A program made the translations under genes and the position numbers. A stretch of 64,000 nt of DNA from Adineta vaga (taxonomy: Eukaryota > Animalia > Rotifera): the NCBI GenBank assembly GCA_021613535.1, contig CP075497.1, positions 3,968,001 to 4,032,000 of the forward strand, given 5' to 3'. Shown in pieces: positions 1 to 12,138 of the stretch (position 1 is its first letter; every line of letters begins with the position of its first letter). Under the pieces are notes generated by a model that was given only the letters and a program-made list of their open reading frames with translations, was not told where the DNA came from and did not search any database.

Positions 1-1710
1 ACAATGGAGGTAAAAATTTCATTTTCTTCATTTGTTCTTAACTGTTGTTGTTGTTGTTTTATGTTATTTATTAGGGTTGTTCATCTCCTTTGGTAGTGAA
101 ATTTGCTGATACACCTAAAGATAAAGAAACAAAAAAGATTCAACAACAATTTACTACTCATAACAATGGTTTAATGCAACAGTTTCCTCCTGGAGCTTCA
201 ATGGTAATACTTTCATTTTCTTATTTTGAATTGTTTCAAAAATTTCCTTATTACTTATAGCCTAATCCTCAACATATGAACACGTATAATTTCTTACCTG
301 AGATAGGTAATTTAGTATTCCTACAACAATTATTTAAAAATTATGGTTTTCTTGGAAATAATGGCTCTGGTAAATGATGATTTATTTGTAAGAAAATTTT
401 CATTCGTTTATTTGTAGCAATAAATTTTGCGGCACTGAATAATCTTTTACAAATGTTTTCGAACAATATGAATTTAAATGGAAATAAACCATCACTACTA
501 CCACCTCCAGCTCCTGGTACTACATCAAATATGAATTTAAGTTCACAACATGGTAGTAATCAATCATTGAATGTTCAAGAGCAACAACAACAACAACAAC
601 AACAACAACATTCTCTCAATTCACCTCGAGCACCTTCGGCTAGTACTAATAATGGTACTTATAATAATGAAACTTCATTACTTATGTGTGGAGCAGGTGC
701 ATACAATAGTGGTGGACCAAGTCCTAATAGTACAACTGGCCCATCAGCAACTCATCATAATCAAAATGGTAGTTTAACATCCTCAGTTGCTTCACCTGGA
801 AATAATCCATACCAACATGCACTGCCATCACTCTATACTAATACTGGCAATCCATTAACTAATGGTGGTGCAGGTATGAAAATTAAATCAGTTTATTAAA
901 AAGAATTTCTATGGTTTAGATGCTCATCAAAATTTACAAAATCTTGTTGCCATGTCACAAGTAAATAATGGAGGTAACCTTTTTTGATTTCAGTCATTAC
1001 CATTCATTATTGTACAATATTCCAAAGGTCTCTTACCGACAAATATGCATCCAAGTCCAACTACCAATTCAACAACTGCACCACAAGGTAAAATAAATTT
1101 TCATAACATTCAGATCAAATTAATCTTCACTATTATTTATTTCTAGGTTCGTTTCCTGTTTTTTCTTCACCATCTTATATAACTTCTCAAGTAGCTGGAA
1201 AACATACTGAAGGTGGATTGGAATTCTTATCTTTGTTTAAAAAATCATTCATGTTCTCGTTTTGTTTAGGTCCTGATGGTGCCAATCTATTTATTTACCA
1301 TCTTCCGCAAGAATACAGTGATACAGACTTAGCACAAGCTTTCGCACCTTATGGACCAATCGTCTCAGCTAAAGTATTCGTTGATAAAACAACAAATCGA
1401 AGTAAATGTTTTGGTAAGGTCAATGATTTAACATTATTTTAATATATTCAAATTTATTCCGTTCTTTTTTTCTAAAGGTTTTGTTAGTTTTGATAATCCA
1501 TCATCGGCTCAAGCAGCTATTAATCAAATGAATGGATTTCAAATCGGGATGAAACGACTTAAAGTTCAATTGAAAAAACTTCGAAATGATACAAACAATA
1601 CCAATAACAACAATAGTTCAAGTCCAAATCAAACTCAGACGGCAGCTAGTAATAGTCCTAACAATCATAATGGAAATTCACCCACAACATCAAAAAAATC
1701 GACTTATTAA
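1..1710 (+). CDS. CELF: CELF/Bruno-like (CUGBP/ETR-3) RNA-binding protein, 3' part, multi-exon, 5' end outside window
   Basis: Exon 75-203 encodes the end of RRM2 ([13 protein letters not shown]). A Q/N/S-rich divergent linker follows. RRM3 reads [49 protein letters not shown]|[33 protein letters not shown], matching the CELF consensus. Stop at 1708-1710. Confidence 0.95.
582..608 (+). repeat. (CAA)9 coding polyglutamine in the CELF linker
   Basis: Direct reading; gives QQQQQQQQQ in ORF 453..899. Confidence 0.95.
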
Positions 1711-2688
1711 ATAAGCCAAATATTTAAAAGAGAAAACAAAAATAAATCAATTAGACATAGCATTCTCGTACATTTCAGATTTCTTTCTTTCGCTTCATCT
1801 TCTATTATTAAGACGACCTATTTTTGGCTCCTATTTATAATACATATATACTCTTGGCTCATACGAGTTTTTTCGTCTTCTTCTTCGTCTCTATATTATT
1901 TCTCTTCATGTCTTTTGTCATGTATTTTGCATCATTCATTTCTTTGTTTTTGTTAATTTATTCCTTGTCATTACGTTGATTGAGAGAAGGTATATCATCA
2001 GTTCATTCTTTTTTTTTGCTGTATAAGTTTCTCGTTGCTTTCTTTTTTTTGTCTACACTTCTTCTTCTGTATGCTTGTGTCTGTGTGTTGTGGGTCCTCT
2101 CTTCTTTTTTTTCAGTTCCTATTTTTGCAATGCTCTCTTATAGATTTCTCATTCTCATCTTCTTCTTATCATCGCTATTATCAGTCTTGAGCACCTCTCC
2201 AACTATACCTTTCAACATATTCATTTCTATTTCCTAACTTCTTCTTCTTCTTCTTCTTTTTTTTTAAACGAAACTATACACGTTTAACTGTTTTGGATTT
2301 TTCGTTTGTTCCTCTCTTCTTCTTCTTCTTCTTTTTCTCAGTGTTCGTTTTTAACTGTGTGCGTGTGTCTGTCTGTTCGTTGTTTGTTCATCGTTGTCGT
2401 TCGTGATCTTCTATATTAGATCAACACGACTATCATTACAAACAAATAAAACAAAAAAAACTGAATTATATTCTTAAAACATTTCATATTAGATTCATTA
2501 AGAACTGAAGAAGAAATATTTATTTCGAGAATATAATCGTAATGAGTATAAAGAAAAATTGCTATTTGAAACTTGTTAGTAAGACGTGGCATGTTAGTTT
2601 ATCTAATTGATTGTTAAAAAATAAAGTTAGTAACAATGAAAACTGATTAACATAGAAGAGAAAAACTACAAAATCTATATTGGTACAT

Positions 2689-3261
2689 TTAAACAGGGAA
2701 ATCCTTTTTTTCATTAGTTGAACTTGATTGATTGTACATATGTTGAGCACGTGACCAAGTAAATGGTACAAGTGAAGTACCTAAATCGCTCATGGATTGT
2801 TTAACAGATGAAAACATATATCGAACATTATAAACTGGTTTAATTTGATTTATATGAGGTATTTGAACAATACCACTACTATTTCCATGAGGAAATTCAT
2901 CGCTATATTCATTATTTGGATTATCATCAATCATATATTGAGGTTCAGATACTTTTCTTCGTATAAATGTTACTCTAAACATATTGGAAAATTATGTAAG
3001 GTTTAATTAAACAAATAATATACTTACAAAACATAAGCAAAACATACTAAACCGAGTGTCACTAAAAAAGTTGCAAAAATAAGGGCAACGATTGTGAATA
3101 TTTGTTCAGTAACTATTGGATCTATATGGACGAGATATAAAATGAATTATTTACTAATTTATAAAAAAAGAATTAAAATTTATACTTTTATCAAGAGTAT
3201 CTTCGGCAGCAATCCAACTTGGACACAACACAAAAATCATCATACATGTTTTTAAAAACAT
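2689..3261 (-). CDS. Small single-pass membrane protein of unknown function, 3 exons
   Basis: Spliced: MFLKTCMMIFVLCPSWIAAEDTLDK|..PIVTEQIFTIVALIFATFLVTLGLVCFAYV|LVTFIRRKVSEPQY...KKDFPV*. Signal-like N-terminus, a TM segment followed by RRK, and GT-AG introns of about 55-60 bp. Confidence 0.65.
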
Positions 3262-3953
3262 CTTTATTTCTTACTATCGATCACAAACTGACTATTCATG
3301 TTCTTTTTTTACATTAAATATGTTTTATTATACTTGCTTGATTGAAATCTATCTACCTACGAGCAAATTCTCTCATCATCATTATCATTAACAAAACTTA
3401 TTTAGTCGTCTTGTCGTTCTAGGAATATCATCATTAATTGATCGTTTATATAATGTTGTAGAATTTATTTCCACGGAAGAAATAAATTATATGTAAATGA
3501 GATGCAAACATTTTGTAAGACTTTACCATTGCAATGGTAGATGAATTCGAAATTCGATTTCATTCAAATGTCTAATAATTACATTAGTTTAACAGGAAAA
3601 TATCTGAATTCAATTTGATTCGTTTGATTTAACGGCAAAAGTTGAATGAGTAATGTTTTCTGACAAGATCTCAGAATTGATGAGGTCGCCATTTGTCAAC
3701 CAAATAGAACTATTACATAAAGAATTTCACGATTAAAATTTGATTGGCCAAATTTTCCTCACGTGTTATCATCATCAGTTACAATTTAGTTATTAGTTCG
3801 TTTTGCATGCACTATTGTTGATGTTGTCATTTCATCGAAGTAAACATCAATGATTAATCTAACTAGCATGGACGAAAAAAGAAATTAGACGTCATCATTG
3901 AAAAACATTAAAAAAAAAACCTGATTTATTCGTTCTTTTCTAGTATTACTATT

Positions 3954-6900
3954 ATGCCGATAGATAAGATTCATTATGAACGAAATCATATTATTATAAA
4001 AGAACGATCTTCTCAAAGTCAAACACAAGATACCCCACTTGATGAAGTTACTGGAACAATAAGTGTTATCGAAAATGAACGTGGAAAGTTCTTTCGTTTT
4101 GTACCATTAGGTTTAGAAGATGTCATGACTGATGATTGGGCAATGATTAATGGTGGTCATTCAGTTATTTGTCAAAAAAATGATACAGGTTTGTTTGTTA
4201 TGAAATCGATAAAATATGTGTTCTTGAAATTTAATTAGGTTCAGTTGCACAATCATCCAGTCCATTATTAAAATATCGTTTTCATTTCAATTTAAATGAT
4301 TTACGTAGTATTCGTCGACATCATATGTTACATGGTATTGCACATATGGTATTTATACTTAAAGATGGAACAACATTACCAGCTTTCTATTTTAATATTG
4401 GAGGTAGTAAAGAACTGTTACAAAAACTTGCACAATATTTACAACTTGAAAAGTAAATTCTATCAAAACATTTTCTTATCTGAAGACATATTTCGTATGA
4501 TAGGTCAACACAAGATTCTCGTTTATATATTGTGAAAGACGATCTACCACGAGAACGTCATTCGCAAACAACTAGCGCTTTTGATCAGTTGAATTTATTC
4601 GATAATTCAAATGATGTTATGAAACGAATTGTAAGTGTATAGCTAAAGGAAAAAATTTCTTAATTGAAAAATGACTTTGTTTTTTTTTCTGTTTCGATTA
4701 GAGAGGAAATGATTCACGACGAACAGCAGTTGAACGTTTTTCTAAAGTAACACATTTTCTTAAAGATACATTACTTGGTCAAAGTGATATAATATCGACG
4801 AATGAAGACGATACAGAAGGATTATTTGGACCTGATTTAACTGCTTTAATGGAATCTATTAGTGGTGATTTAAGAGAATCGAACAATGATGGTTTTGAAG
4901 TTATCTATAAAGTTCGTCATTTATTGTTATATTCTCATCTATTTAATCATTTTCTCTCATGTGTTGTTATAGGTGGATTTTAAAAAGTTACCAGAAGTTG
5001 CACGTGGTCAACCTGTAACAACCAAAGAATGGCAAATGGCATTTGATAAAGATGGACGTATGATTGATGTCGAGAAAATGAAAGAACGAATCTTTCGTGG
5101 AGGTTTAGAATCAAATTTATTAAGACGTGAAGTATGGAAATTCTTATTGAATTTTTATCCATGGACATCGACACGTGAAGAACGTATTCAAATTGCTAAA
5201 CAACGAAAATCGGAATATCATTCAATGAAAGTTCAATGGAAATCAATGAATGATCAACAAAAACAAAGAAATACATCATTTAGAGATCGAGAATCACTCA
5301 TAGGTAAATTGAGAGTAAATTAACATTTTATTTGCAAATCGATACCATGACGTTAAATGGAAACAGGTTGTATTGACATTGCTCGCATATTTTAATTAGT
5401 CACGTTTGTCTACAATCTCAAATGACGTAGATATTTTACATTGATTTGAAATATAATCATTTGGTCGAAGATAACAATTCTACCGGAGTAATCATACTGA
5501 TTCAGCAATGATACTATGTTATAGAAAAGTTTCATTAACAATTCATAACTGCAGTTGACACAATGTCTGAGATTCTTACTTGAATTGCTTGTTTCATGCA
5601 TCTAAGCTTTTCTTAACGAGAAAATCATGTAGATGAGACAACTATGTTGATGTACAAATCTTTATATTTATCTTTCTTCATTATAAACGATAGTTAAACA
5701 GGTGATTGTGATAAGATTACACGTTTATAACAGAAAAAGATTGTACGATGAAAACTATGAATAATGACAAATCTTTATAAAACTTTCTTTTTCTCATTAT
5801 ATTTTTTTAGCCAAAGATGTAGCACGAACTGATCGAACTCATGAATATTTTCAAGATGATAATAATATTCATCTTGTAATTCTTCATGATGTATTAATGA
5901 CTTATAATATGTTCAATTTCGATCTTGGTTTGTACAATTACAAATGATTTTATTGATCAAAAAATTCTGATTGATTATCTTTAGGTTACGTTCAAGGTAT
6001 GAATGATTTATTAAGTCCAATTTTAATTGTAATGGACGATGAAGTTGATGCATTTTGGTCATTTGTTGGTTTAATGTCTCGAATGGAACCGAACTTTCAT
6101 CTTGATCAAGCACATATAAAACGTCAACTTGGAAATCTTCATACACTTCTTCAATTTATTGATGCTGAACTTGCAAATTATTTAAGTAATAAGAAAAAAA
6201 CGTTTCACGGAAATTTGAGATTTAATTTCGTTCTTTCTATTTTAATAGCGGATAATAATTCAAGTAATATGTATTTCTTCTTTCGATGGATGTTGATTTG
6301 TTTTAAACGTGAATTTTCATTCGATGATGTTATGCATTTATGGGAGGTAAATAAAATCGTAAATTTTCATAATGATAGTAAATATATCGAGAGATATCTT
6401 CTCTTTTTCTAATTTAGGTTCTATGGACCGATCATTTATGTCAAAATTTTGAATTATTGATTTGTTTAGCAATCCTTATCTCACAAAAAACAGTGATTAT
6501 GGAATCAAAATTTGGTTGTACTGAAATTCTTAAAGTAAGAAGCTGATATTCATTTAATCATCTAACATTTTTCGCTTCGATAAACGTTTGTTTTTCATCT
6601 GTATTAAATTGAGTCTCTATCTATATATGTTAGCATATCAATGAACTCTCATTCAAAGTTCCATTAAAACCAATATTGAAGCAAGCTGAGGGTTTATACA
6701 TTGCTTTGAAACAAGACCAACAAACACAATCGGGTTTTTCATCATTGATATCTGCAATGTTATTTTCACATAGAAAGAACTTGAAAATGGTTTCAACATT
6801 TAAAAAGAAGGATGATCATAAAAGTCCAAGTTTACCTAAACTAACTACAACTAATGGGCATTTAGAAAGTTCAACATTGACAGAGGGAGAAGCAATTACA

Positions 6901-7642
6901 AACTTTTGAATACAATATTTTGTTATTCTATTGCTATTGCTTTATTTTATCAATGCTCGTTTCCGTGCATAGTTTATTCAAATTTAGTATAAAGAAAAAA
7001 AAAATTTTACTCTATTTATATCGACTTGTTCCGAGTTTAAAGATTTGTTTGTTCTAGATAAGTAACTTCTTTTCTGTATGATTCAACAGTTTTTTTTCTC
7101 TCTTCTTTTCTACGTTTATTCATGTAATGAGTGACAAAATAATGTGAGACTCATACGCGAGTCCATTGCACAATGAATGATACGAACGAAATTTCGATCG
7201 CATTCTGTAAATCATCAACAGTAATAATTTCTCTCGACTTTTTCTGTATAATCATTTTAATGATAAGAAAAATTCAAAAATAGATTTCATTTATTCTTTT
7301 ATTTAGTTTTTCAATGATTTATCTTGTAATCTCGATTTGGACACATGTCTTTTATCCGCTGAAAAACTTTACATTCAACTAGCGACTCATCGTGATATTC
7401 CGACATCCATTGCTAAGATTCTTGGTCTACCAACTGGTTCTGATCAACAACAATTTGCCTTAACAACAGATAGTATCAATTATCCTCGAAAGGTTTATAC
7501 TCAACAACCACGTGGTACAATGAATCTAGACAATTCATATTTTCGTCAAGATTCAGAACCATCTTTAATTCCAAGTCGACAAGAAACAACAAATGCAGTA
7601 TTGGATGATCTATTAATGATGACACCATTGATGGAACTATGA
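3954..7642 (+). CDS. TBC1D15: TBC1D15/TBC1D17-like RabGAP (Rab7-GAP family), multi-exon, two alternative terminal exons
   Basis: N-terminal domain with (F)NLNDLRSIRRH. TBC domain with IFRGG..LRREVWKFLL, LI-x-KDVARTDR (R finger), YNMFNFDLGYVQGMNDLLSPI (Q finger) and MYFFFRWMLICFKREFSFDDVMHLWEVLWT. Common exon ends at 6534 (phase 0) and can join 6634-6909 or 7307-7642. Confidence 0.92.
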
Positions 7643-7833
7643 ACATGAGAATCGAGATTTTCATTTTCGTTTCATTCTTGTTGACATTCTTATGTATAAA
7701 GAATTTCTTATTTTCTTTTTTCTTAATCGTTTCTTTTTTCTCTGCTATTGCAAATGAAAACACGTGTAATATATTGATTTCTATAATGTTTATTTTAGAT
7801 TTATACTTTCTCTAATATTCCTTTCAAAGAATT

Positions 7834-8798
7834 ATGAATAGAAGTGTTTCCTACAAAGTTGTCTTGCTTGGCGAGGGAAGTGTTGGCAAAGTAAGAAATA
7901 TTCGATGAAATTGAAGAAAGAATTTGTTTTCCATTATGTTTAGACTTCCATTGTCTTACGATATACCGAGAATTTATTTAATGATAAACATATAGAAACA
8001 CAGCAAGTAAGTTTCTTCAGATAAATTTTCATCATGAACTTATTTGTGATATATTTAGGCCTCATTTAAAACGAAGAAATTGACATTAGATGGTCGCCGT
8101 GTGGAATTAGCAATATGGGTATAAAAATATTCGTATATAATTTACTTTTAAATTAAAATTTTCTCTGTAGGATACTGCTGGACAGGAACGATTTCGAGCA
8201 TTAGGGTATGAGATGAATCTTTTCATTCAAGTAATTTGAAATCGAATTTTTCATTTATAGTCCTTTATATTATCGTGAAGCTAATGGCGCTATATTAGTT
8301 TTTGATATCACCGATGAAGATTCATTCGAACGAGTAAAATAAAAAATGATAGAAGTGAAAACTTTCATTGGTTTTTTTTCTCATTCTTTTAAGGTCAAAA
8401 GTTGGGTTAAAGAATTGCGAAGAATGTTAGGCAATGATGTTGTTCTTTGTATTGTTGGCAATAAAATTGATCTCGAAAAAGATCGTCATGTTTCGATGCA
8501 AGCTGCAGAAGAATACGCTAAATCAGTCAATGCTAAACTCTATCATAGTTCAGCCAAATTGAGTAAAGGCATCGAAGAACTATTCAATGATCTAGCACAT
8601 CGTATGTGATCGAATTGATTGAAATTTTAGTTAAGTATTTGTATAATTTTTATTCATTTAGGTATGTTAGAAAAAACACCTTCAACGGCAGCAAATACGT
8701 CAAATTCAATGGGAACAGTTCGTCCGGGTGGTACCCTTATTCAATCAGAATCAACGACACAATCAGCTACTGGACAGAAAACTGGAGGTTGTTGTTAA
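7834..8798 (+). CDS. RAB21: Rab21 small GTPase, multi-exon
   Basis: MNRSVSYKVVLLGEGSVGK|TSIVLRYTENLFNDKHIETQQ|ASFKTKKL..W|[12 protein letters not shown]|PLYYREANGAILVFDITDEDSFER|VKSWVKELRRMLGNDVVLCIVGNKIDLEK..SAK...GGCC*. The FNDKH..T.QASF effector loop and VKELRRMLG are Rab21-diagnostic. Confidence 0.93.
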
Positions 8799-9948
8799 TG
8801 ATTTTCTTCTTATTCCAAGTTATGTTTATTTTTTTGACAAAATTAAATCAAATGAAAAGATTTCTTTTTTTATTTTTCTTTTACGTCCTATTCTATCATT
8901 ATAAATCTATGTTTATGTTCAAAGAATACTTTCTAAATTACATTTTTGTATGTTTAACTCAAATAGTTTATGATGATAGTCAGTTACAATGTTCAAATAA
9001 GTTCTAATTTTCAATGTAATTACCTGAATAACAAAACAAAACAAAACAAACAAGATAAATACTTTTTTTTCTGTTTCGATAGTTGCTTTTAATGAATATA
9101 AATAAAAAATTATTCAATATGATATTTACCATCCATCAAAGTTGAAAATATATTTAACACACAAAAGTAACATCGAAATGTACGATTAAATTGAATTGTC
9201 AGTTTCGAATGGTGATGACCTGTATTTTTCGCGCGTGTGTTTGACACTTCACTGATCACATTTGATTAGAATAAAACTATATGTCAGATATATGATCAAT
9301 CTTACTATGTATCATATATTGTTTGCATTCTTATCAAATAACTGATGATTGTGATTTGTTAATTAGTTGCAAAGATTTTTAGTTTTAGTTAATGAGAAAT
9401 TTGACTACAAAATTGAGAAGAACTTTTGGTTAGATGATGCAAGAATTATTCTGTTAGTGATTTTCTCTATAATAATCCTCATTAGAGATTGATTATGACA
9501 TCAATAGCTTAATATCCGATGTCTTATCCTGTATATGTTTGACCTTTCTATCAATGTATGTGAGCTCAGCCATGTGTAGAGAAGCTTTACATGAACGAGG
9601 TGACGATAGCTAAACAAAACGTCTTCAGTCGTTGACGTTAAATGATCAGTATATAAACAATATACATATATATGAAGCAAGACGAAGAGTTGGATTTTTC
9701 TCTTTCTGTACGTTGAAACATCAAATAGTTCACCTATTTTTGTCGTTTTCTTCGTCTTCTCCTTCATATGTTAGTGTCTCTTCGTTCTCTACAAGGAAAG
9801 AGAAGGAAAAAAAACGCAAGAGAAAAGAAAAAAAAACACGGAATGAATAGATGTATGTAAAGAGGAAAAGTAGTCATCACTTATTTTAATCGAAAGACAG
9901 ACCCAGACGTAGTGTATGTACAGACATTGCCATTAGGGCTTTTTTTCT

Positions 9949-10120
9949 TGCGTCAGGTCAACCACGTCACACGTCTTCTTTTTTTTTTAACTTTTAGATG
10001 AACGGTTGACAAAAAAAAATAAGAATAGTGCTACCGAAAGTAATAGTAATACTGATTGTCGATGATACTTTGCGATGATCCGTGTATAAATAGAGATTAA
10101 AGTGTTACATCACATCAGAA
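9949..10120 (+). promoter_or_regulatory. Probable TATA-containing promoter with CRE-like cluster for the gene at 10291
   Basis: TGCGTCA (9949-9955), AGGTCA (9955-9960), CACGTCA (9963-9969), TATAAATA (10085-10092), and a TCA Inr-like site about 29 bp downstream of the TATA. Confidence 0.45.
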
Positions 10121-10290
10121 TGATTGAAGATATACATAGATATATCCGTAGGAAGAATGTTTAGTATGATAATATGTTGTAGAATGTTATAAGAGATGAG
10201 TAGAACTTGTCATATTGCCTACAAGTCTTCACCTTCTTGTTTTTTCTTTTATAGAAAGTAATGTTCTATTGATAACCATATGAAGACAGA

Positions 10291-11797
10291 ATGTTTCCTC
10301 AATATGCTCAACGTAAGTCTGAAATGATACACTCTTGTTGAATATAATGCTTATGTGAATTATAGGACAAACTGGAGGCGAAATTGCCATCTGGCTTCTA
10401 ATCACTGTCGGCGCACTTCTCATACCCATTATTGTAATCGCTATTTGCTGTATACGACATCAGTAAGTGTTCATGCAATATTGATCATAGATACGTTTGT
10501 CTTGATCTTTATTCGATGTTTTTATCGGTCATCATATGACCAGAATACATGAGAATTCTCTAAACATAAAAGAGTGTCGAAAACATATCGTATATACATC
10601 TATAAACAATGTTATATTTTGCAGACAACGGAACCACTTCTCCCGTTCACTTTTCGTAAGTTCTTTTTTGGACACTTTTTTCATTTTGGTTCATTCAAAA
10701 TACGAAAAAGTTCAGAGGCAATCTTCTAAATCACAAATTCTAAACAAATACACCAATGCTTTCGATTTCCTACTTCTTGCTTCTCTTGATTAATACTCTC
10801 GTGTGTGTGTGTGTGTGTGTGTGTGTACAATAACTATTTCATTTGACACATGTGTTTACATACAATGACAACACTTCATTCATTCACAGCTGTTGGAAAA
10901 CGCTTCCTGTTCGTCGTTCAAAAGCTTCTCTTGATAAAATTACTAATCATAATGAATTACTAACCAGCAAATCGACTTCATGGGCACAACGAGTGTGGGA
11001 TCTGTATGTAGGTTTTTTCCATTCGGGAATTGAATAAAGTTTCTATGTGTTGAAGTTTTATATTTGTTGATCAATATTTATTTATGTACTGGTGTAGGTG
11101 TTTAGTTGTACTTGATTATTTTCACATTTGTCTTCGATTCTATATGCACATATATTTCTGTTGTCATACGATTTTAATGAATTGAATTTTAATATTTTAT
11201 ATATCGTTTTTATTTTGTTCATTTATTTTCAGCTTGCGACGAAGCCCACCAATGAAACTATTAGAAAATCGATCCCCACCTATGACGACAATGAATACCA
11301 AGCAGATCGCGGCTCTACGGTATATTTGTTACTAAATCTATTTTTCTCCTTGAATTATCGTCTCTTTTCTGTTATTCAGTTCGTATGATGGTCCATATAT
11401 CGATCCGGGTCATGATATTCGAGTTGTTTCGTCTTCAAATAATACGCCTCAAATTTTATCACGCACAAGTTCACTGAAAAAACAACACGTTCATTGGCCC
11501 GATCGATCAAACATACCAAAAGGTGACGATCTTCGTTCGATTAAAGATCGTCAATTTACTCCACGAAAACAACCATATACTGGAGGAGAATACTTCAATA
11601 CAACTATGCTTACTGAATCTCCATCAAGTCATCGACGACCTGCTTTAATTCCTGCACCATCGTCAGCATTATCTCATCTTATTCAAACAGCAATTATGCC
11701 TGCTGGTTCAGCTGTTGGCAATCCTAATGCTAATCAACCATTAACACCAAATAAACAGTCAATATCTGATCAAACTGGTTATACGAGCATTGTATAG
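10291..11797 (+). CDS. Single-pass (type III-like) membrane protein with long low-complexity cytoplasmic tail, unknown family
   Basis: In-frame exon chain MFPQYAQ|RQTGGEIAIWLLITVGALLIPIIVIAICCIRH|HCWKTLPVRRSK...VWDL|LRRSPPMK...IAALR|SYDGPYIDPGHDIRVV...KKQHVHWPDRS...GYTSIV*, with consistent intron phases. Confidence 0.65.
10801..10826 (+). repeat. (GT)13 microsatellite in an intron
   Basis: Direct reading gtgtgt...gt. Confidence 0.95.
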
Positions 11798-12138
11798 AAA
11801 GTTTTCTTCTCAATTTTATGTATCATATTTCAGTTCTTTTTTTCAGTATTTTTTGCACATTTTAGTATGATTTTTTTTTGTTTTTCAAATGCATAATCTT
11901 GTTGTTTTTTCTTTTGTGAATAATTAAATTCAATACAGGAAAATGATTATCCGTAGACAAAGCGTTTTTTCTGTATAATCTCTTTCCCTATTAAGTCCGT
12001 TCTTGCTTTCCATAATCTATCTGAGAAGGCAAGGATTATCTATCATGCGTATGGCTTTGAAAGAATTTCTATCTCAGGAACCAAATTTAGTTATTTTTTA
12101 TTCATTGATAACGAAAAGAGTATCACAATTGAATAGTA

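Noticed and set aside
1980-2237. 85-aa hydrophobic ORF after CELF
   Set aside because: Artefact of U-rich 3' UTR composition (F/L/S codons); non-ATG start; no family features.
10625-10655. 31-nt candidate micro-exon (gcag...gtaagt) in the membrane adaptor gene
   Set aside because: Inclusion shifts the frame to an early stop. It could be a poison exon but cannot be supported without reads.
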